64,000 bases of DNA, from NCBI GenBank assembly GCA_963736855.1, contig CAVTQK010000009.1, forward strand, positions 480,001 to 544,000. The letters are read 5' to 3'. Each line of letters begins with the position of its first letter. Within the stretch, counting starts at the first letter, position 1. The DNA comes from an uncultured delta proteobacterium. GTDB taxonomy: Bacteria > Desulfobacterota > Desulfobacteria > Desulfobacterales > UBA2156. Position numbers and translations under genes: made by a program. The notes under the pieces were generated by a model. The model made no database searches, was not told where the DNA came from, and saw only the letters and a list, made by a program, of their open reading frames with translations. This document shows, one piece after another, positions 18,701 through 28,488 of this stretch.

Positions 18701-19546
18701 TCAAACCTTTCCCTGCCCGTAAGCCGTGGTGTATTCTTTAAACAGGTGCATGACTTTTCGCGTGGTGTTGCCGGGTTTTCCATTCCCGATATGGAACTGG
18801 TCGATCTGGATGACGGGTACGATTTCCTTGTTGGAAGCCGTGATGAAGACCTCTTCCATCGTTACTATCTCGCTGATATCAACATCTCTGAGTTCGACGT
18901 CGAAATGATTTTTCACCAATTCCAAAACCACGCTTCGGGTGACACCGGGCAGTATGTCCGACTTCGGGGTAACCAACCTGCCTTTTTTGAAAAAGAAAAT
19001 ATTCGTGGTGGTACCTTCGAGCATGCGGCGATTCCGATCCGCATAGATGGATTCAATAGCCCCCTTCCGATGGGCCTCTTGAAGGGCCCAGACCGCGGTC
19101 AGGTAGTTGGTGCTCTTGGCTTTCGGGATGAAGCGTTCGATGTCCAGGGTGATGATCTTGACCCCGTCCGTGTACCACCAATCCGGGAGGTTCAACCTGG
19201 GCGTAACCATCACGATCAGTTTGCCGTTTCCCTCCGGAGTAACTCCGTCCGAACTGACGCCGCCGGTATAAACAATCCGGATGTTCGATTCCCCTTGGTG
19301 GGCATTGCGGCGGATCGTTTCTTCCACGATGCCGCAGATGTTATCCCGGGTATGATTCAGTTTGAGACCGATATTTTCGGCCGAGTTCTCCAGTCGCTGC
19401 ACATGCGTTTTAAGATAAAATGGACGTTTGTTGTAGGTAATTAAAAAATCGAACACACCGAAGCCTCTCAGTACCGATAAATCTTTTACCGAGATGACGG
19501 CTTGGTCTTCGGTAACAAACTCTTTATCGATGTAATAAATATCCAT
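18701..19546 (-). CDS. Class IV PLP aminotransferase, probably D-amino-acid transaminase
   Basis: LRGFGVFD, HVQRL, KSTNY, EGTTTNIF, ILPGVTR. Lacks the BCAT-type LHYG motif and abuts alr. Confidence 0.75.
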   Translation of the reverse strand: MDIYYIDKEFVTEDQAVISVKDLSVLRGFGVFDFLITYNKRPFYLKTHVQRLENSAENIGLKLNHTRDNICGIVEETIRRNAHQGESNIRIVYTGGVSSDGVTPEGNGKLIVMVTPRLNLPDWWYTDGVKIITLDIERFIPKAKSTNYLTAVWALQEAHRKGAIESIYADRNRRMLEGTTTNIFFFKKGRLVTPKSDILPGVTRSVVLELVKNHFDVELRDVDISEIVTMEEVFITASNKEIVPVIQIDQFHIGNGKPGNTTRKVMHLFKEYTTAYGQGKV

Positions 19547-19616
19547 TGCGATCCCCTCGAGTGTCTATTCTGTTCGGCTTCAGGCTTGTCTTTTCTCTTG
19601 AATCCTCGGATATAAA

Positions 19617-19654
19617 GCACCCCGACCAAGCCGGAAGCCCAACGGTCGGGGTGC
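19617..19654. other. Intergenic hairpin
   Basis: GCACCCCGACC...GGTCGGGGTGC, an 11-bp stem between the HisC-like and class IV transaminase genes. Confidence 0.55.
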
Positions 19655-19684
19655 GCTATCTTTCGATTTCAGCTTTTCCTGAGA

Positions 19685-20776
19685 TTACCTAAAGTAAGCC
19701 CGGATGAATTTCAGAAAGCGCTCGTTTTCTTCATCCTTTCCCGGTGTCACGCGGAAATAGCCGCTCTTGCCGTGAATCTCGCCGATCTTTTTAAGGAAAA
19801 TCTTTTCCATGTCCATAGCGGCCGCAAGGATTTCATCTGTGGTCTTTCCGGTCATGGTGGCGTCAATGAGCATATAATTGCCATGGGCCGAATACGGTTT
19901 GAGGCCGGCTTTCTTGAGTTCCTCGGTAAAGATGGCCATCCACTTGTTGTTGTGCGCCACCTTTGCCTTGACTTCTTCAGGGTTGTCGAGGATCGCCTCC
20001 GCTGCTGCTGCGGACATCACGCTGACGTTCCAAGGCAGGAACATGCGCTTGAAGGCGGCGATCATCTCTATAGTTCCCAGCACAAACCCAAAGCGGATGC
20101 CTGCAAACCCGTAAGCCTTGGAAAAAGTCACCGACAGAAAAACCTGGGGATATTTCTTGATCAATGGAGCTTTCGACGGATGGTCAGGGTTATAATCCAG
20201 GTAGGCTTCATCCACGCAAAGCGGCACACCGGTTTCGCAGAATCGGATCAGATCCTTGTCATCGATAAACACCCCGGTGGGATTGTTTGGATTGATAATC
20301 AGAATCAGCTTCGTGCGTGTATTGATGGCGTTGAGCATGCCTTCGACATCGTATTGAAGATCCCCTTTTCGAACCGAAATCTGGACCACTTTACCGCCGC
20401 ACAGTTCGGCGCGGGGCGGAAAGAGCTCGAAGGTGGGAGTGGAACAGATGAATTCATCTCCGGGTTTTAGAAAAATCCGCATCATCGCATCGATGATTTC
20501 CGATGAACCGTTGCAGAGCGCCACGTTTTCAGGACCCAGGCCGTACATTTTTCCGATCTTGGTCCGTAGACGGAGAAAGCTGTCAGGATACCAGTTTCCG
20601 TGTTTCATGGAGTTGGCGACAGCACTGATGACCTTGTCCGATGGGGGTATCGGGTTTTCATTGAGCATCAGCCGGCCTTTTTCTGGGCTGGCCCAAGCCT
20701 TATCTAGAATGCCGACGTTGTATTCCCGTGACGTGAGCAGCCACGGCACAAACCAGTCTTTGAGTTCTTTTGCCAT
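19685..20776 (-). CDS. Class I/II PLP aminotransferase, HisC/CobD-like
   Basis: LNENP, NGSSEII, NPNNPTG, VDEAY, TFSKAYGFAGIRFG. Confidence 0.85.
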   Translation of the reverse strand: MAKELKDWFVPWLLTSREYNVGILDKAWASPEKGRLMLNENPIPPSDKVISAVANSMKHGNWYPDSFLRLRTKIGKMYGLGPENVALCNGSSEIIDAMMRIFLKPGDEFICSTPTFELFPPRAELCGGKVVQISVRKGDLQYDVEGMLNAINTRTKLILIINPNNPTGVFIDDKDLIRFCETGVPLCVDEAYLDYNPDHPSKAPLIKKYPQVFLSVTFSKAYGFAGIRFGFVLGTIEMIAAFKRMFLPWNVSVMSAAAAEAILDNPEEVKAKVAHNNKWMAIFTEELKKAGLKPYSAHGNYMLIDATMTGKTTDEILAAAMDMEKIFLKKIGEIHGKSGYFRVTPGKDEENERFLKFIRAYFR

Positions 20777-20833
20777 TTTTTCCTCCTGATACCATATTTA
20801 GTGTTCAAAAACCTGCGGGAAACGGTCGATCGT

Positions 20834-21946
20834 TTACAGCACCGCATCCAACGGTTTGTATTCCAATCCAAAAGCCTCGGCCACGCCTTTATAAGTCACC
20901 TTACCGTCGATGATGTTCACCCCTTTGGCCAAATCGGGGTTTTGCCTTACCGCGACCTTGTATCCTTTTCCCGCCAGTTCCAGCGCATAGGGCAGGGTGG
21001 CGTTGGTCAACGCAATGGTGGAGGTCATGGAAACCGCACCAGGCATGTTGGCCACACAATAGTGGATAATGCCGTCCACTTCATAGATCGGATCATCGTG
21101 GGTGGTTGGCTTTGCAGTTTCGACACACCCTCCCTGATCAATGGCCACATCCACGACAACCGAGCCTTTTTTCATCAAGCCCAGCATCTCCCGGGTAACC
21201 AGCTTGGGTGCCATGGCGCCTGGAATCAACACGGCGCCGACCACCAGATCGGCCTCCGGCAGAAAATGCCGAATGGTGGCGGGATTGGACATGACCGGAA
21301 AACAATTTTTAGGCATCACATCGGAAAGGTACCGCAAGCGTTCGAGATTGTTGTCCAACAGATAAACCTTGGCCCCCATCCCGCAAGCCACCTTTGCGGC
21401 GTTGGTCCCAACGACGCCGCCTCCGATGACCAGGACAGTCCCTGAATTCACCCCTGGTACGCCGCTCAGCAGAATCCCTTTACCGCCATACGTTTTTTCC
21501 AGGTACTTGGCCCCTTCCTGAATTGCCATCCGACCGGCCACCTCACTCATCGGCGTCAAGAGCGGCAATGATCCGTTGGGCTTTTCCACAGTCTCATAAG
21601 CGATCGCGACACATTTGCTGGCCATGATGGCGCGTGTCAATTCTTCCGATGCCGCAAAATGAAAATAGGTAAAGAGGACCTGCCCCTTCCGGATCAGAGC
21701 GTATTCAACCGGCAAGGGTTCCTTGACCTTCATAACCATTTCGCAGGAACTGTAGATTTTTTTCGGGGTTTTCGCAATGGCGGCTCCGGCCCTGACATAG
21801 TCACCATCCGAGAAACCGGAACCACTCCCCGCCAGGGTTTCGATGAGGACCTTGTGCCCGCGGGTTGCCATTTGTTCCGCACCGGCAGGCGTCATGGCTA
21901 CCCGGTTTTCTTTTCTCTTTATCTCTTTCAAAACACCTATTTGCAT
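20834..21946 (-). CDS. ald: Alanine dehydrogenase
   Basis: [48 protein letters not shown]. Confidence 0.97.
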   Translation of the reverse strand: MQIGVLKEIKRKENRVAMTPAGAEQMATRGHKVLIETLAGSGSGFSDGDYVRAGAAIAKTPKKIYSSCEMVMKVKEPLPVEYALIRKGQVLFTYFHFAASEELTRAIMASKCVAIAYETVEKPNGSLPLLTPMSEVAGRMAIQEGAKYLEKTYGGKGILLSGVPGVNSGTVLVIGGGVVGTNAAKVACGMGAKVYLLDNNLERLRYLSDVMPKNCFPVMSNPATIRHFLPEADLVVGAVLIPGAMAPKLVTREMLGLMKKGSVVVDVAIDQGGCVETAKPTTHDDPIYEVDGIIHYCVANMPGAVSMTSTIALTNATLPYALELAGKGYKVAVRQNPDLAKGVNIIDGKVTYKGVAEAFGLEYKPLDAVL

Positions 21947-21969
21947 GAGATGACCTCCTTCTTTGAATA

Positions 21970-23190
21970 CTATTTTTTCGAAGCGAAATTACAGGCCGAA
22001 TCCAAGCACTTTCCTGCAAAGGTTACCATCTCCTGTGTAGCCTTCGAAAACTGATCGGCCGTTCGCTGTAAGGCCGAATGTGTATTGTATTCATCACGGG
22101 TATATCCGTCTTCGGCATAGGCCCTTTCGAAATAGGGAACCCTCATGAGCTTGTCCATCACGTTCTTGGGAATATTCGCATGGATCCGATCCGGCTCGTA
22201 AACGATATTTTTTTCCTCCTCAAAATTCATGACCTGATCGATGAACGACGGCGGACAGGTGACAACGATGGATGCGCCGGTTTTTTCTTCCAAGTGCCAG
22301 ATCCGGGTGGCACCGTTTACTTTGGGCCCCAAACGCAGCGAACAGGAAAGCATCTTGCTGGGCATCCGATTTTTTTCTAGGAATTGATAGGCCTTCTTGA
22401 AAATCGCCAGTTCCGCCAACCGAATATCTCCATCGGTCAGTTCAATCCCCTTTTCCTTTGCAAAATCCCTCAAGCCGCCAAGATCGCCGTATCGGGATTC
22501 CATGTGGGTGATGACTGAACGCCATTTACTCAGATCCACGTTGTTTGCCTTGGCCCTTTTCAATCCTTTCTGAACGGTGCGGGCGCAATCCACCAGCTGC
22601 GGCAGAATAAACGTGAGGGTGTTGTTGGTGGAGATCCCCCGTGCGGTCAGCTCTTCGATGATATCGTATCCTTGCTTGGAGCCCGGCACTTTGATCATGA
22701 CATTCGGATTGATCGCGGCCAACTCGAGGGCCTGCCTGAGCATGGCGTCCTTGTCGAACACGCTTCTTGGATCCACCTGACCGGAAAGGAATCCCTCTTT
22801 GTATCCGGATTTTTCAAACACAGACAGATACATGTCCGATCCGCGCTTCACCACTTTCTTGTATAACCTCCAAAACAGGGACTCTTTTTCAATACCCGGA
22901 TTTTGGGCGATAATTTCTTTGGCAACGCCTTCCCAGTAGGGCGGATCGTCCTGAATCGCCTGCAAGGACAAGGGCGGATTGGTGGTCACCCCGCGGAACA
23001 GCTGTTTTTCCGGTGCTTTTTCGTCATACATGCGGCCAAACTGGCGTTGTAAGATATTTCGGTTCTCAGGCGCTGCCTTGTCGAGCATCTTATGGCACCA
23101 GTTTTTAAAAATCACCGGGGAGGAATCCCACCAGATCTCCATTCCAGGGCTGACTTCCACCAACTTTTCAATCAGGTTTTTCTCTTCCAT
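21970..23190 (-). CDS. Transaldolase family protein (divergent)
   Basis: WWDSS, GVTTNP, GQVDP, NVMIKVP (Schiff-base Lys), ISTNNTLTF. Confidence 0.82.
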   Translation of the reverse strand: MEEKNLIEKLVEVSPGMEIWWDSSPVIFKNWCHKMLDKAAPENRNILQRQFGRMYDEKAPEKQLFRGVTTNPPLSLQAIQDDPPYWEGVAKEIIAQNPGIEKESLFWRLYKKVVKRGSDMYLSVFEKSGYKEGFLSGQVDPRSVFDKDAMLRQALELAAINPNVMIKVPGSKQGYDIIEELTARGISTNNTLTFILPQLVDCARTVQKGLKRAKANNVDLSKWRSVITHMESRYGDLGGLRDFAKEKGIELTDGDIRLAELAIFKKAYQFLEKNRMPSKMLSCSLRLGPKVNGATRIWHLEEKTGASIVVTCPPSFIDQVMNFEEEKNIVYEPDRIHANIPKNVMDKLMRVPYFERAYAEDGYTRDEYNTHSALQRTADQFSKATQEMVTFAGKCLDSACNFASKK

Positions 23191-23269
23191 TCACATCCTC
23201 CTTAAAATAATGATTGATCAATACAGTTTGGCTCAATGGGAAGCTTCTCCGGTCTCAGCTTCGGATTGT

Positions 23270-24022
23270 TCATGGGGTCAAATGATATTGTCCCAATTCA
23301 ACTTCAAAAACGCATTTGTCCCCTCTGAAATAACTATAAAGCACTTCAACAGGCATGTTTCGATCATTATAGGTTACACTTTCCGAATACAAAGCAGCGC
23401 TGTTTTGCTTGAGTCCAAGCTGTTGGGCAATTTTCCTGTTCAGGTTGACCGCTCGGATCGTTTGTGCGCTTCGGGCCAGAATGACACCAAATTCCTTGGT
23501 AAAGATCTCGTACATGGAGCCGGTCAGATCCATATCCAGGATTCCCTCGAAAAGATCCGCCGGCACATAGGTCTCCTCATAAATCAATGGGTGGTCGTCT
23601 CCGGAGCGCACCCTTCGGATGGCAATGATTTTGCTGTTCGGGCTCACCGCCAAATTCTTTGCCACATATTGGGTCGGCACCTCGTAGCCTTTTTCAAGAA
23701 GCCGTGTCTTTTCGCGGATGCCGGACTGTTGAAGCTCCAGGCCCAAACTCGAAATCCGGTTTAGCTTGTGTCTCACTGGAAGTGATTCGACAGATGAAAC
23801 GAACGTGCCGATCCCTTTGACTTTTTGCAGCAACCCGCCGGCGGTCAATTCTCCGATGGCCTGTCTCAGCGTATTGCGGTTGACCCGGCACATCCGTGAC
23901 AATTCGATTTCAGAGGGAAGCTTTTCGCCGATCTTGTATCTTCCCTGCTGAATCGCATCTTTAAGCCATGCGCTGATCTGAAGATATTTGGGTATCGGGT
24001 TGTTGGGATCAACAATAATCAC
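23270..24022 (-). CDS. GntR family regulator, HutC/UTRA subfamily
   Basis: PKYLQI, KLPSEIEL, VNRNTLRQAI, GIGTFV winged HTH followed by a UTRA-type C-terminal domain ending YFRGD. Confidence 0.92.
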   Translation of the reverse strand: MIIVDPNNPIPKYLQISAWLKDAIQQGRYKIGEKLPSEIELSRMCRVNRNTLRQAIGELTAGGLLQKVKGIGTFVSSVESLPVRHKLNRISSLGLELQQSGIREKTRLLEKGYEVPTQYVAKNLAVSPNSKIIAIRRVRSGDDHPLIYEETYVPADLFEGILDMDLTGSMYEIFTKEFGVILARSAQTIRAVNLNRKIAQQLGLKQNSAALYSESVTYNDRNMPVEVLYSYFRGDKCVFEVELGQYHLTP

Positions 24023-24113
24023 GGTTTATTCACCCTTTTTTGCTGAAAGAAACCTAGTCGGGAGGCCGTTACAAATATTGAAATCTGTTGACATAGGGAA
24101 CAGCTTGTTCCGA

Positions 24114-26006
24114 CTACCTTTTACTCATGAACCTGATTTTATCCCTTATGTTATCCGGGCCGAGTCCTTGATACAGGATCTGCTCATTCAGACCGCCACG
24201 CCCTTCTTTGGTGGTCCCCATGTAGGCATAGGCGCCTTTGAATCCTTTTTCCAAAAGCCAGGTGCCGAATCGAACGCCCAGGCCCGATTTTGCGTTCTGG
24301 GTCTCCACCACCAGGACAAATTTTGCTCCTGCCAATCGCCTCATCATTTCTTCATCAATGACATTCAGCGTCGGCTTGTTAATGAGTCCCACTCGAATAT
24401 CATCGGCCTTCAGGCGTTCCACCGCATCGAGGCAGCGGTAGAGCATCTCACCGTAAGAAACGACAAACCCTCCTTCGCCTTCCCGGATCACTTCATCCTT
24501 TCCCGGGACAAACCGATAGTTTTTATCAAAAAATGTTTCCCCATGGGTGTTCAGGATAAACGGAGTCGCAGACCGCGTTGAAAAGACAAACCGCAAGCCC
24601 TCGTCATGAAAAACCTCTTGAAGGACAGCCCGCATCTGGTTGGAATCGGCCGGAAAGTACAATCGGGTGGCGTCCTTTTCCGGCAAACCGTTGTCGGCAA
24701 AAAAAATGTTGATCCCGAAATGGCAGGTGTTGTCCGCCATATCATCCACGCCGGCGTGGGAAAAATGGGCCAGCACATTGGCCCGGTTCAGACGAGCCAT
24801 GGTGACTTCCGAAACCACCATTTCCAGAAACGCGGAAAAGGTTCCAAAGATTCCCTGTCTTCCTTTTTCCGAACCGAATCCGGAGGCCACCGAAAAATTA
24901 CTCCGTTCCATGATGCCGCCCAGGATATAAATTTCGGGAAACGATTTTCGGATATGATGGAGCCCGCAGGATCCCTCCAGATCCGAATCCACGACGAGCA
25001 CCCTGGATTTGCGGTCCGGCATCGTTTTAAGAATATCGCAAAGGATCTTTCCGAAATCGTCCCGGTTTTTCGCTTGTTCCCGGGTACTCCCAAGATAGAC
25101 GGTTGCAGACTTTGGTTTGGCTGTCGTTTCCAGAACCCGAACGGCTTCCTGACGGCCCTTTTCTTTCAGATAGGAAACGGCAAGATCTACAGAAATCACA
25201 TCATGGGCCTTGGGGGAGCCCTCGATTCCCGGAATGCCTGCGGCCATTTTTCGCTGATTGATCATCGCCACCGGCCCATCGGTGGTCAGTGCCCGATGTA
25301 TCCTTTGATATAAAGCCGGCAGATCTTCGCCCAAACCGGTATCCACCTTCACTCCATGGCCCTTCAACGTTTTTTCGACGCTGAATCCTTTCAAATAGTC
25401 GCTGGGATGTCCGGCAATGGTCACATCATTGTCATCGATCAGGAGTTTGATGTTGAGATGCCGGGCCACGGCATACCGGGCCGCTTCCGCATCTCCGCCT
25501 TCCTGCTGGGAGCCGTCACTGCCGAACAGTACCACTATCTTGCCCGGATGGGCTGAAGCTACGCCGTTGACATAGCCCCACAAGTGACCCAGGCGTCCCG
25601 AGCTGAAAAAGACGCCCTGTTTGTCGTCCCTTTCGGGGTGCCCATAAAGGCCGCTGCCAAACTCCCTATAATGCAGCAGCGACTCGATCGGTTTGTACCC
25701 GTTCAGGACTGCCATAAGGTATTGAATGGCAACCCGGTGACCCGCCTCATCAAAGTACACAGGATAAATCGTATCGCTGCCCTTCATGAAACCATCCACA
25801 ATCAGAAGCTCGGGTACGATATCATATGCCCCTCCTGTATGGCCGCCCAGACCCTTGGTGTTGGCATAGGCGGTAAAAAAGACAATACTGTCGCGCACCA
25901 ACGCTATGTTTTGCCGCAACTGCACCTCGTTTTCATCGGTGAGTTGTCTTTGTGAGAAGGAAAACTTCAGGGGTTTAAACGCGCTAAAATCGATTGGAAA
26001 ATTCAT
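24114..26006 (-). CDS. Atypical single-chain transketolase-like ThDP enzyme
   Basis: GGHTGG, GHPE, ThDP motif GSDGSQQEG...DDN, DSDLEGS, GIMER, FGTFSAF. Confidence 0.85.
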   Translation of the reverse strand: MNFPIDFSAFKPLKFSFSQRQLTDENEVQLRQNIALVRDSIVFFTAYANTKGLGGHTGGAYDIVPELLIVDGFMKGSDTIYPVYFDEAGHRVAIQYLMAVLNGYKPIESLLHYREFGSGLYGHPERDDKQGVFFSSGRLGHLWGYVNGVASAHPGKIVVLFGSDGSQQEGGDAEAARYAVARHLNIKLLIDDNDVTIAGHPSDYLKGFSVEKTLKGHGVKVDTGLGEDLPALYQRIHRALTTDGPVAMINQRKMAAGIPGIEGSPKAHDVISVDLAVSYLKEKGRQEAVRVLETTAKPKSATVYLGSTREQAKNRDDFGKILCDILKTMPDRKSRVLVVDSDLEGSCGLHHIRKSFPEIYILGGIMERSNFSVASGFGSEKGRQGIFGTFSAFLEMVVSEVTMARLNRANVLAHFSHAGVDDMADNTCHFGINIFFADNGLPEKDATRLYFPADSNQMRAVLQEVFHDEGLRFVFSTRSATPFILNTHGETFFDKNYRFVPGKDEVIREGEGGFVVSYGEMLYRCLDAVERLKADDIRVGLINKPTLNVIDEEMMRRLAGAKFVLVVETQNAKSGLGVRFGTWLLEKGFKGAYAYMGTTKEGRGGLNEQILYQGLGPDNIRDKIRFMSKR

Positions 26007-26140
26007 GGACTGCCTCCCATGGATCACATAGTCTTTCGCCCATCAGCCGCATACCGTCGACCGACCATCTTCTATCGAACCCCGCTGTCGCATCTTTCGA
26101 TGCGATTGTTTCCGGATGTTCAAGCCCCTCTGTCTAATGT

Positions 26141-26156
26141 TATAGATGTATATACA
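26141..26156. promoter_or_regulatory. HutC-type GntR operator 1
   Basis: TATAGATGTATATACA with core palindrome TGTATATACA, just downstream of a minus-strand TTGACA (26191-26186) promoter for the transketolase unit. Confidence 0.75.
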
Positions 26157-26283
26157 TGTTAAATATATCCGGGAACCTGTTTTCATGTCAAGAAAAATTT
26201 GTGAGCTTAACCCGACCTTAACAGAGATATAAGACACCCTATTGAAAGATTGATATTTTTAATCCAGATGCTATGGTGGTTAT

Positions 26284-26349
26284 ATGTCCCATAAAACCAG
26301 CATAGACGCTCCCGGAGCCATTCATTTCCCAATCATCGGCGGCAAATGG
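26284..26349 (+). pseudogene. Possible N-terminal remnant of a REP-associated (Y1/IS200-like) tyrosine transposase
   Basis: Translates MSHKTSIDAPGAIHFPIIGG, resembling the MPRKARIDAPGALHHIIxRG start of such transposases; there is no continuation. Confidence 0.35.
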
Positions 26350-26488
26350 GTGCGAAGCCGGATGCAGGATGATTTCATTCATAAATAGCGGCAGAACGAA
26401 AATATGAACGCATCTGTCGATATGTCATGAGCATCCCTGGAACTTTTACGCCCTAAGAGTTTACAAAGTTTTTCAATAGGAGGGCCGG

Positions 26489-27172
26489 ATGTTAAAGCTG
26501 GATGTCGGATGCGGTCAGAACAAAAAGAACGGTTTTTTGGGTATAGATATCGCCAGCTCACAAGGGGTTGATTTTGTTCTTGATATTACCAATGAGAAGC
26601 TTCCGCTTCAAGACAATTCAGTGGATGAAGTATTTTCAAATCACTTCTTTGAGCATATTGATTCACCCAAAGAGGCCCTTGAAGAACTGATCCGCGTATC
26701 CGTGGAAGGAGCGACCTTCGAAATCTGGACTCCCTATCTGAAATCCGACGAGGCCTTTCTTCTCGGTCACCGTCATTTCTATAACGAGACCATCTGGAGG
26801 CATATATGCATCGAATACCCTTACTTCTGGCTGAAAGATGTGGAAGCAACCCTAAGGCTGGATAAGTTATGTTATGTGCTCAAACCGGATGCGGTCGCCG
26901 AGCTGGAACAGCTCAAAATTCCCCTCTTTTTTGCCCTGAAACACATGTTCAATATTGCCAGTGAAATGGGAGCCATCATGACCGTCATCAAAGGAAAGGA
27001 TGTAAAAGGGATTCCCTGCGCCGAACCCGAGCGGTTCGTGTCTCTTTCGAGGCAAGGACCGTTTGAAAAACTGACTGATGCCGGAATTCCCTCAACGAAT
27101 ATGGCAACCTTAACAAAGGTTCGCCGGAAAATATCCTTATTATCCCAAAAGCTGTTTTCCTCCCGTTCCTAA
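26489..27172 (+). CDS. Class I SAM-dependent methyltransferase domain protein
   Basis: LDVGCGQNKK, LGIDI, LPLQDNSVDEV, HFFEHI. Confidence 0.8.
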   Translation: MLKLDVGCGQNKKNGFLGIDIASSQGVDFVLDITNEKLPLQDNSVDEVFSNHFFEHIDSPKEALEELIRVSVEGATFEIWTPYLKSDEAFLLGHRHFYNETIWRHICIEYPYFWLKDVEATLRLDKLCYVLKPDAVAELEQLKIPLFFALKHMFNIASEMGAIMTVIKGKDVKGIPCAEPERFVSLSRQGPFEKLTDAGIPSTNMATLTKVRRKISLLSQKLFSSRS

Positions 27173-27341
27173 TTTCGTCGATCCAAAAAAGCCATTTTAA
27201 TGCACGCAAGGATTCCGGACCTTGCCATCAGGTCGCTTGGAATAAAGCAAGGATGCGGCCGCAGTCCATAAATGAACCTTCAACAGCGCCGCTGCCGCCC
27301 CTGATCCGTCAAGGATCTGCAGTTTCGCCCCGGTCGACAGC

Positions 27342-28301
27342 TTAAACGGCGACACCGCATTCTTCCCGGATGAACTCCAGATTCTTGACGGCATTCTCAT
27401 ACTTGACCTTGCCGTAGGCATAATAATCGAAGGTAATCTTGGAGACATTCAGTTGAATCAAGCTCCATAAAAACCAGTAGATGTCTGGAAACGGCTTAAA
27501 AAGATCAATGAAAAACATGGTCTTTTCAAACTCATGGTCTCCGCAGTAGGTTGCAACAATCTCTTTTTCGTACTGCCGAGGAACGAGGATTTCCTGGAAC
27601 ATATCGGCGATATCGTAATATTTGGGCGCCATCCCCGCGTATTCCCAGTCGATGATATACATGGGGGATGCATACTTTTCCAATGCGTCTTCATTGATGA
27701 GGATGAAATTGTCCGCCAGCAAGTCGTTGTGGCAGGGGGTATATTCGGACTCGGGAATGTTGATGATGCTTGATAGTTTGATGAGACGATCGATGGTTTC
27801 CGCGATATCGAACTCCGGATAATTGACATCCAGCCGCCTGAGGATGGCGGACATCTTCATGACCTCGATAAGGGGATTGAAAATCTTTTTCAATTTTGCC
27901 CCGCTGGTATGGATCTTTCGAATCGGCTCAACGATTTTGGGATGCAGTGACGTATCCAGAAAATGGTGGTTCTTTAACACAATAGAATCCCCGATGAATT
28001 CGACGATCGTCACTCCCAGTTCGGGCATGAACTTGATCAGTTTTGAACATACGCCGATTTTTGAAATTTCACGAACCGCCTGCGCCTCGTATTCCCGGTT
28101 GATGAAGAGATCGGTTTTGTCCCCATAGATCCGAACCGTATAATCGCCTTTTTCGGATTGAATCCGATACAGCTTGTTGGTGATCCCGCCTTTCAACTGG
28201 GTAATCCGGACATCAAGACCTTTCCATTCAGGCAAAAGGTCATAACAGATTTGCGGGGTCAAATCCCGGTCCAGTAAAGATATTGCACTGTGCATGTCCA
28301 T
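27342..28301 (-). CDS. Choline/ethanolamine kinase family phosphotransferase
   Basis: GGITNKLY, VRIYG, INREYE, Brenner motif CHNDLLADNF and IIDWEYAG. Confidence 0.88.
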   Translation of the reverse strand: MDMHSAISLLDRDLTPQICYDLLPEWKGLDVRITQLKGGITNKLYRIQSEKGDYTVRIYGDKTDLFINREYEAQAVREISKIGVCSKLIKFMPELGVTIVEFIGDSIVLKNHHFLDTSLHPKIVEPIRKIHTSGAKLKKIFNPLIEVMKMSAILRRLDVNYPEFDIAETIDRLIKLSSIINIPESEYTPCHNDLLADNFILINEDALEKYASPMYIIDWEYAGMAPKYYDIADMFQEILVPRQYEKEIVATYCGDHEFEKTMFFIDLFKPFPDIYWFLWSLIQLNVSKITFDYYAYGKVKYENAVKNLEFIREECGVAV

Positions 28302-28488
28302 TCCCCCTTCAAATAAAGCGGTTGGCGATTTACATAAAAATCTTGACAAAAGTAAACCTTACACGTTAGGCAGAAAATCAATTTGAGTCCTCTGATTTGA
28401 TGAAGTTTAGTGACGGAATGCGTTCACGACGCCGATGGATCGATAGAGTCCTTTTTGACTGCTGAAGACTATTATTTTTCAGTTATGC

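Noticed and set aside
13394..24022. Histidine utilisation (hut) or biosynthesis locus suggested by HutC-type GntR, HutG-like and HisC-like genes
   Set aside because: No hutH, hutU, hutI or other his genes are in the window.
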